Shown: positions 8,489-13,661 of the stretch, in pieces
How positions within the stretch are numbered: position 1 is the first letter of the stretch
How the letters are laid out: the number at the start of each line of letters is the position of its first letter
IMG/VR virus record: IMGVR_UViG_3300010938_000025
Length of the DNA: 20,000 nucleotides
Origin: an uncultured virus (IMG/VR IMGVR_UViG_3300010938_000025)
Taxonomy: Duplodnaviria; Heunggongvirae; Uroviricota; Caudoviricetes
Direction: 5' to 3' (one strand)
Notes under the pieces: generated by a model
What the model was told of the DNA's origin: nothing
The model's database searches: none
Seen by the model: only the letters and a program-made list of their open reading frames with translations
Position numbers and translations under genes: made by a program

Positions 8489-9082
8489 ATGCCCGACTTC
8501 ATCTTAGAACCACTGGATACCAGACAGCGCGCCATCGGTAGCTTCCTCGTGCACGTGGCCGGCTTTGACTCCATCCTCTGCCTGCGCACCTCACGTCGCC
8601 TGCCCGAGTCCGTCCTCCAACACATCCGCCAATCCGCCGAATCCTCCTCCCCACCCACGACCATCCTCGTCGTCCCCGACTACGTCACCGCCTGCCGCCT
8701 CATCCCCATCGACCCTACCCTCGATCCAGCCTCCACGTCCGCCTCCCTCACCCCACCTGACCGGCTCCCCCCTTACCAATCCCCACCGGCCCCACGCCCA
8801 ACCACCGTAGACTTCTTAACCTTCACCAAAGACCAACTCCTCGCCCTCGCCGCCGACGAAACTTACCCACCTGTCCCTCCCCTCTTCATCCGCGCCGCCC
8901 TCGCCTTCGCTCAAGACTTCTCCCGCTCCGACTTCATCCTCCCTTCCCAACTCCTCCTCTCCGGCCACTGGCCTCACCTCGACGCCATCCTCCGCCCTCT
9001 CAACTTCCATATGTCTGCCACCGAAGCCATCATCAACTTCCTCATACCTATCATCACCAGCTACGAACAACTATCGCCCTAA
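8489..9082 (+). CDS. Hypothetical Pro/Leu/Ser/Thr-rich protein (197 aa)
   Basis: Starts 3 nt after the previous stop, with strong C bias at third codon positions and no recognisable domain. Confidence 0.55.
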   Translation: MPDFILEPLDTRQRAIGSFLVHVAGFDSILCLRTSRRLPESVLQHIRQSAESSSPPTTILVVPDYVTACRLIPIDPTLDPASTSASLTPPDRLPPYQSPPAPRPTTVDFLTFTKDQLLALAADETYPPVPPLFIRAALAFAQDFSRSDFILPSQLLLSGHWPHLDAILRPLNFHMSATEAIINFLIPIITSYEQLSP

Positions 9083-9348
9083 ACCACTCCACCAATTCAA
9101 ACTTGAATACCACCCACCTCCCCCAACTATAACCTCCGCTCAACCCCACCCCAGGTACGCCTCAGCCCACAATCCCCAATCCAGACTCACGGTACGCCAC
9201 CTGTGCTGCCTCGCCTGCACCGCAGCCCCCGGTGAGACGCTCTCAGCCTGCACAACGGGTGTGCTGTGGCTCAGCTTGTGCCTGGCGGGTGTTTTGGGGT
9301 GAAAATGCGGGGAACAGGTTACCCCCCCCCGGCGGCTGCGTTCGGGTC

Positions 9349-9377
9349 TTGCCGTTGATGAGGGGGGATGCTACACT
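9349..9377 (+). promoter_or_regulatory. sigma70-type promoter with extended -10
   Basis: TTGCCG (9349-9354), 17 nt ending TGc, TACACT (9372-9377). It is followed by a leader hairpin (9389-9418) and a GGGAGGA RBS. Confidence 0.55.
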
Positions 9378-9445
9378 TGCAGCAAAACGCGCGAGATTGA
9401 CGCGCGATAGTCTCGCGCAAAACCTTGACAATCGGGAGGAAGACC

Positions 9446-10342
9446 ATGAAAAAGGCACAAACTCAACCACAAACTCAACCACAGGCTGAACAGGCTCAAC
9501 CGGTCCAGGCGCAGGCGAAGCCGCCTGTTGCCTTATACCGGCAGGCAGGTATCACATCCACACTACCAGCGACCCTCGAGGCGGTGTACTCACTGTATAC
9601 TGCTCTCCTCGAATTGGCGCCAGTTGAAGACGCCGACCGTGCTTTCCTAAAAGCACGTGTGCGGGCTGGGCAGAGTGAGCGGGATGCAGAACGGTTGCTT
9701 ATAACCGTCAAGAATCGGCTAAGCCTCGACGTGGCCAAGCAAAAATTCCAGCAAGCCGATCACGGCGGCTTGCTGGAGAGGTGCGTGGAACTATATACGC
9801 ACATTGGCGACGTCCAGAACCGCGTTGCCGAATTGATGAACTCCGAGCGTGCGCGCATCATCCGCGAGGAAGAGACCGCGCGCGCCCTCGAGCGTGTCAA
9901 AATGCGGCTGGATGAAGAGCTAGGGCTCGGCGCCCTCCAAGAGCGGTTGCGCGAGCACTCAACCCGGCTCGAGGGGCTACTTGGTAAAGCAGGCTGTGGC
10001 CTGCGTTGGCTGGACGGTGCGCCCCTCTTAGTGCCCGTAGGCGAGCTAGCCGCGTTTGATGCCCTTGCCACAAGTACCGCCGCGCCACCCCGTCCATCGC
10101 ACACCACCTCGGCACAATCGGCGGCATCGGGGTACCGTGAGTATACGGTCACTGACGGTGCCCGTCAGGCCCAATTCACGACGGGTGTCAGGCTGTTCGA
10201 GGCTGTTACCGGTCGCGCGTTAAAGCGAGATAGCCAAGGGCGTAACCAAGAGAAGGCGGTATGGTGGAAGTATGCCCAGATCGATGATGAGCAAAAGACG
10301 ATCACCATAAGCCCTGATGCCTTCGACCGGTACGTCAGCTAA
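9446..10342 (+). CDS. Hypothetical coiled-coil protein (298 aa)
   Basis: GGGAGGA RBS before ATG 9446, with its own promoter and terminator. It has a Q/P-rich N-terminus, a long helical middle, a linker and a small C-terminal globular domain. Confidence 0.75.
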   Translation: MKKAQTQPQTQPQAEQAQPVQAQAKPPVALYRQAGITSTLPATLEAVYSLYTALLELAPVEDADRAFLKARVRAGQSERDAERLLITVKNRLSLDVAKQKFQQADHGGLLERCVELYTHIGDVQNRVAELMNSERARIIREEETARALERVKMRLDEELGLGALQERLREHSTRLEGLLGKAGCGLRWLDGAPLLVPVGELAAFDALATSTAAPPRPSHTTSAQSAASGYREYTVTDGARQAQFTTGVRLFEAVTGRALKRDSQGRNQEKAVWWKYAQIDDEQKTITISPDAFDRYVS

Positions 10343-10373
10343 CAACTAAATAAACCGAATATCGTTTCAGATC

Positions 10374-10410
10374 AGACCCGAATTGATCGCGCGCAATTCG
10401 GGTCTTTTTT
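10374..10410 (+). terminator. Intrinsic terminator
   Basis: 12-bp stem AGACCCGAATTG/CAATTCGGGTCT with an 8-nt loop, followed by a T-tract. Confidence 0.88.
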
Positions 10411-10415
10411 GTTGT

Positions 10416-10642
10416 GCATAGCACGTAGCGTAGTGTAGCGCGTGGCGTGGCGCGTGGCGTAGCGCGTGGCGCGTGGCCGTGTAACGCGTAGCGTGGCGCG
10501 TGGCGTAGTGTAGCGCATAGCACGTAGCGTAGCGTAACGCGTAGCGTGGCGCGTGGCGTAGCGTAGCGCGTAGCATAGCGTAGCCGTGTAGCGCATAGCG
10601 TAGCGCAGCCGTGTAGCGCGTGGCGCATAGCGCGTGCTATGC
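10416..10642. repeat. Low-complexity array of 5- and 7-nt units (GCGTA/GCGTG/GCGCGTG) bracketed by 10-bp inverted repeats
   Basis: Directly visible. GCATAGCACG at 10416-10425 has its reverse complement CGTGCTATGC at 10633-10642. Confidence 0.9.
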
Positions 10643-10680
10643 CACGTCTGTAACGTCTACCCCTGACCGGTGTCCCGGTA

Positions 10681-10762
10681 TAAGTCCGCGCCCGGGCCGT
10701 GGTCAGTGGTAGACACAGGTGACCACGGCCTGGCCGTAAGTCCGCGCCCGGGCCGTGGTCAG
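10681..10762 (+). repeat. 26-bp perfect direct repeat x2 with an intervening inverted partial copy
   Basis: TAAGTCCGCGCCCGGGCCGTGGTCAG at 10681-10706 and 10737-10762, with TGACCACGGCCTGG between them. Confidence 0.9.
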
Positions 10763-10775
10763 GAGGGAGAACACG

Positions 10776-11051
10776 TTGAGACCAGGTATTGCCGTCATCA
10801 TCATCCTGGCCATTGCGGTCCAGGTGGTCCAGGTCGGCGCGGGGCAGGCATCCCCGGCTGACCTGGACCGCGCGGTCTACATGCCGCTCATGGCTAAGAG
10901 CGGCTTTGTATGGCCGCGACCGCCGACGCCGGTACTGACGCCGACGGCGACGCCATCGGCCACGCCGTGCCCATCAGCACAGTTGGCCGACGGCTGGCCG
11001 CGACCGCCGACGCCGGTACCATGCCCGACCATTACCATTACAGGGAGGTAA
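10776..11051 (+). CDS. Small secreted Pro/Thr-rich protein with a VYMPLMAK motif (91 aa)
   Basis: AGGAGG RBS and TTG start, signal-peptide-like N-terminus, and WPRPPTPV twice (25-bp DNA repeat at 10911-10935 and 10995-11019). Confidence 0.7.
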   Translation: MRPGIAVIIILAIAVQVVQVGAGQASPADLDRAVYMPLMAKSGFVWPRPPTPVLTPTATPSATPCPSAQLADGWPRPPTPVPCPTITITGR

Positions 11052-11053
11052 AG

Positions 11054-11263
11054 ATGAAGGTGAAAGATAACGTTAACGTCGTGGAGGTTGCCGTCAGGCA
11101 CGCGGTGGAAGACGCCAGGTATGACCTGGCGTTACAGTACCGCTGGTGGTCATCTACATGCCCGACACCGCGGGCCTGCGACGGGGATGCATACGCCACG
11201 GACGCCGTGTACCGCGCGGCGTATGACGCCGCATACGCCGCCTACATACGGCGTTACAGCTAA
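11054..11263 (+). CDS. Hypothetical protein (69 aa)
   Basis: GGGAGGT RBS before ATG 11054, which lies just after the previous stop. A terminator follows. Confidence 0.65.
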   Translation: MKVKDNVNVVEVAVRHAVEDARYDLALQYRWWSSTCPTPRACDGDAYATDAVYRAAYDAAYAAYIRRYS

Positions 11264-11294
11264 ACAATAAACACACAACCGAATACCACCTCAG

Positions 11295-11324
11295 AAAGCC
11301 GTAGCGATCTGCTACGGCTTTTTT
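11295..11324 (+). terminator. Intrinsic terminator
   Basis: Stem AAAGCCGTAGC/GCTACGGCTTT with loop GATCT and a T6 tract. Confidence 0.88.
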
Positions 11325-11404
11325 GTTGCCTTGCGGTCGCAAGAGGCCGGCGCCGCAGGCGTGGACCGCACGGGCTCACGCGCCCTCAGCGTGCAATCAG
11401 GACA

Positions 11405-11558
11405 CAGGTAACCGCGCTGGTCGGGTATTGCCAGGTGACCGCGCTGATCGGGTATTGCCAGGTGACCGCGCTGATCGGGGAGTACAGGTGACCGCGCTGC
11501 CAGGTGTTGCCAGGTGACCGCGCTCCGTACTGGTCGGGGAGTGCACAGGTGACCGTGC
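11405..11558. repeat. Direct-repeat array, core CAGGTGACCGCGCT, 6 copies
   Basis: Copies start at 11405, 11432, 11459, 11485, 11511 and 11546 (spacing 27, 27, 26, 26, 35). Confidence 0.9.
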
Positions 11559-11620
11559 CTGGCCTGTTTAAGCCTACGGTTTACGCTGCCGTCGGGCGGG
11601 CGGCACGGGCGTAACATACT

Positions 11621-11895
11621 ATCACCTGACACCACTGTCTGACACAACCCGCATGACATCACTGTCTGACACAACCCGCATCACTGCCTGACACAATCCG
11701 CATGACATCACTGTCTGACACAATACATCACTGCCTGACACAACCCGCACCGTCTGACCTGACATCACTGTCTCACAACCCGCATCTGACACAATCCGCA
11801 CCGTCTGACGTGACATCACTGTCTGACACAACCCGCATCACCGCCTGACGATTACAACCCGCACTACAACCCGTAACCCGCACTACAACCCGACC
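11621..11895. repeat. Modular direct-repeat array (CATCACTGTCTGACACAAYCCGCA, about 8-10 imperfect copies, decaying into TACAACCCGCA units)
   Basis: Shuffled modules TGACATCACTG, YCTGACAC and AAYCCGCA are directly visible. Confidence 0.9.
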
Positions 11896-11970
11896 CTGGC
11901 GAGTTCTCACAGTGTAGAACAGGTCCCGGTGCAGGTTGACACGGGCACAACCTGCGGCAAGGTAGGTTGC

Positions 11971-11979
11971 TTATCCACA
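11971..11979 (+). promoter_or_regulatory. DnaA box (perfect consensus)
   Basis: TTATCCACA in non-coding DNA, about 70 bp before the 22-bp repeats. It is a single copy, so chance occurrence is not excluded. Confidence 0.55.
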
Positions 11980-12051
11980 ACGGTATCAACGACGGAGATT
12001 GCCGCGGGAGGTACTCCGCACTGGTGACCGTAATCCGGGTCGTGCGGTGCA

Positions 12052-12126
12052 AGTCTGGTGGGAATCTGGCGGGAGTCTGGTGGGAATCTGGCGGGAGTCT
12101 GGTGGGAATCTGGCGGGAGTCTGGTG
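12052..12126. repeat. 22-bp perfect tandem repeat x3.4 (11-bp subunits), iteron-like
   Basis: AGTCTGGTGGGAATCTGGCGGG at 12052, 12074 and 12096, with a partial copy at 12118. Confidence 0.9.
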
Positions 12127-12199
12127 CGGACTTATGGTGACGGTCTACTGTGGTCGGGCTTATTGCGGTTTGAACGTCATTTGCCTTTCTACGGCTTTA

Positions 12200-12312
12200 C
12201 TACTTCTTCTTCTACTTGAGAGAGTCGGAAAACTACGTAGAAACGGTCTGTGTGAGACACTCGCGGCGTAGAAGAAATGTAGAAGAATCGGTCAGACGTA
12301 GAAGAATCGGTC
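12200..12312. repeat. GTAGAAGAA repeats (3 direct copies plus an inverted TTCTTCTAC)
   Basis: GTAGAAGAA at about 12268, 12279 and 12298, the last two extending to GTAGAAGAATCGGTC. The inverted copy is at about 12206. Confidence 0.75.
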
Positions 12313-12351
12313 GGGCAGCAGGATTCGGCGATAGTTATGTCGAATTAGCCG

Positions 12352-12502
12352 ACAGGTGAGAGAGCCGCCAGGTGCGAGGTAGCAACAGGTGACCGCACCT
12401 GACCGGCACCTGACCGAAGTAGTCGGGGTGACAGGTGACCGGACCTGACCGGAGCAGTCAGGTGCACCTGACCGAAGTAGTCAGGTGACAGTGACCGGAC
12501 CG
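12352..12502. repeat. CAGGTGACC/CACCTGACC mixed direct and inverted array
   Basis: Includes the perfect 16-bp palindrome GTCAGGTGCACCTGAC (12457-12472) and an imperfect duplication of about 38 bp (starting 12406 and 12464). Confidence 0.85.
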
Positions 12503-12530
12503 GTTGGCTGTAGTCGGATAGATTCGATAC

Positions 12531-12579
12531 TGCCGTTATCGCTGCTATCCTCGCCGTTATCGCCGTTATCGCCGTTAAC
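12531..12579. repeat. 9-bp tandem repeat (CGCCGTTAT), about 5 imperfect copies
   Basis: Sequence tgccgttatcgctgctatcctcgccgttatcgccgttatcgccgttaac. Confidence 0.8.
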
Positions 12580-12658
12580 AATCCGCTACCGACACCCGTT
12601 TTTTTACGTCAATTTCGCAATTTCGTGTAACTTTTTACAATTAGTCTACATAAAAGTA

Positions 12659-12687
12659 TTGACAAAAAGCGATATATATGATATAAT
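12659..12687 (+). promoter_or_regulatory. Perfect-consensus sigma70 promoter of the rightward operon
   Basis: TTGACA (12659-12664), 17 nt ending TGa, TATAAT (12682-12687), with an AT-rich upstream region. Confidence 0.9.
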
Positions 12688-12736
12688 ATATCACTGTGAT
12701 ATATATCGCCACGGTACACTCACGGCGATATATATC
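12669..12736. promoter_or_regulatory. Operator-like GATATATATC palindromes overlapping the promoter and start site
   Basis: Perfect copies at 12698-12707 and 12727-12736 form a 13-bp inverted repeat. Near-copies lie at 12671-12680 and 12680-12692. Confidence 0.65.
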
Positions 12737-12762
12737 CGGCCTCCAGGCCAGACCGGGGTAGG

Positions 12763-12835
12763 CTGTCGATGGCTGCCCGGCCCGTCGAAGATACCGTAGC
12801 AGTTTGCGGCCAGACGACCGGGCGGCCGTTGACAG
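12763..12835 (+). ncRNA. Candidate structured leader RNA (long hairpin)
   Basis: 18-bp stem, 12763-12780 with 12818-12835, with three G-U pairs. It encloses CGTC/GACG and CCGTAG/TTGCGG helices. Confidence 0.5.
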
Positions 12836-12857
12836 GCCAGCACGCCGAAATAATGCC

Positions 12858-13661
12858 ATGAGTACCCAGATCGACGATTTCGATTTTGCCTTCAAGAAAA
12901 GCAGGCAGGCGGCATTCGCCGCCGAACGTAACTCTCACTCACCGCTATCTCCAGCCGACCTGGACGATCTCGTCCAGGTCGCGCTCATCGGTTACTGGCG
13001 CGGCTGGACCCGCCAGCCGCACAATGTCGGCTACGCCTACGCGTCCGCCCGGAACGCGGCGGTAAAGTTTCTCTACCGCTGCCTCATCGGGCGGAACCCC
13101 TTCGCTCTCTCGCTCGAAGATGTCGGCCACGGTGCAGAGCCTGGCGACAGCCTGATGGTCACCCCCGATCCCGAAGACGAAGACACAGACAAAATCCTCA
13201 ATTTTGACTCTCAAGATTTTCAGGCCGCGGTTGCTGAAATCCTGTTGCATAGCCGCAGCAAAAAAGGCCGCCGTGGGGCACAGGCCGCACGGCGCGACGC
13301 GGCCATCGTGTGCGGCCTGGCCAGCGGTCTATCGCCGGCGGTGGTCGCCGGGCGTCTGGGACTACCGGTCGAGCACGTCAAGACATACCGCAAGCGTGCT
13401 CGCAAGGTGCTGGAGGCGTACCTGCAGGCACACCCCAGGCGGTGTGTCCTGTGTGGGTCTGCCGAGAGCCTGACCAGGCACCACATCGTCCCCCGACGAT
13501 GTGGGGGAGACTACGCGCCGGATAACCTGGCGTGGCTGTGCAAGACCTGCCACGCGCAGGTTGAGAATATTTACCTCCGCCAGGAACGTCCCGGCATGTC
13601 GCCGGATGACTGGCGGCGCATCTTTCAATCAATCAATCAAAGGGAAGGAGAAGCAAAATGA
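12858..13661 (+). CDS. ECF-like sigma factor fused to a C-terminal HNH endonuclease domain (267 aa)
   Basis: Region 2-like DLDDLVQVALIGYW...YAYASARNAAVKFL and region 4 HTH GLSPAVVAGRLGLPVEHVKTYRKRARKVL, then CVLCG...HHIVPRRCGG...DNLAWLCKTCH. The start codon is uncertain because the RBS is weak. Confidence 0.8.
   Translation: MSTQIDDFDFAFKKSRQAAFAAERNSHSPLSPADLDDLVQVALIGYWRGWTRQPHNVGYAYASARNAAVKFLYRCLIGRNPFALSLEDVGHGAEPGDSLMVTPDPEDEDTDKILNFDSQDFQAAVAEILLHSRSKKGRRGAQAARRDAAIVCGLASGLSPAVVAGRLGLPVEHVKTYRKRARKVLEAYLQAHPRRCVLCGSAESLTRHHIVPRRCGGDYAPDNLAWLCKTCHAQVENIYLRQERPGMSPDDWRRIFQSINQREGEAK

Noticed and set aside
9380..9425. c-di-GMP-I riboswitch (GCAAA motifs)
   Set aside because: It lacks the GNRA tetraloop/receptor and the two-stem architecture; only a single hairpin is present.
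10335..10628. Minus-strand ATRYATRH-type ORFs in three frames
   Set aside because: They are open in all frames because of the repeat, have no RBS and run through a terminator.
10681..10762. Mini-CRISPR (26-nt repeat, 30-nt spacer)
   Set aside because: The sizes fit, but the spacer is largely the reverse complement of the repeat and the repeat lacks typical CRISPR ends. A hairpin switch explains it better.
11405..11895. CRISPR array
   Set aside because: Units are short, and the intervening sequences are near-identical or shuffled modules rather than unique 30-40 nt spacers. No cas genes are present.
11312..12799. ORFs across the repeat arrays (11312..11674, 11622..11831, 11999..12271, 12345..12581, 12485..12799)
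   Set aside because: These are translations of DNA repeats with no convincing RBS or domain.
12858..13661. IscB/Cas9-like RNA-guided nuclease
   Set aside because: No RuvC motifs, PLMP N-terminus or bridge helix are present; the non-HNH part fits a sigma factor.
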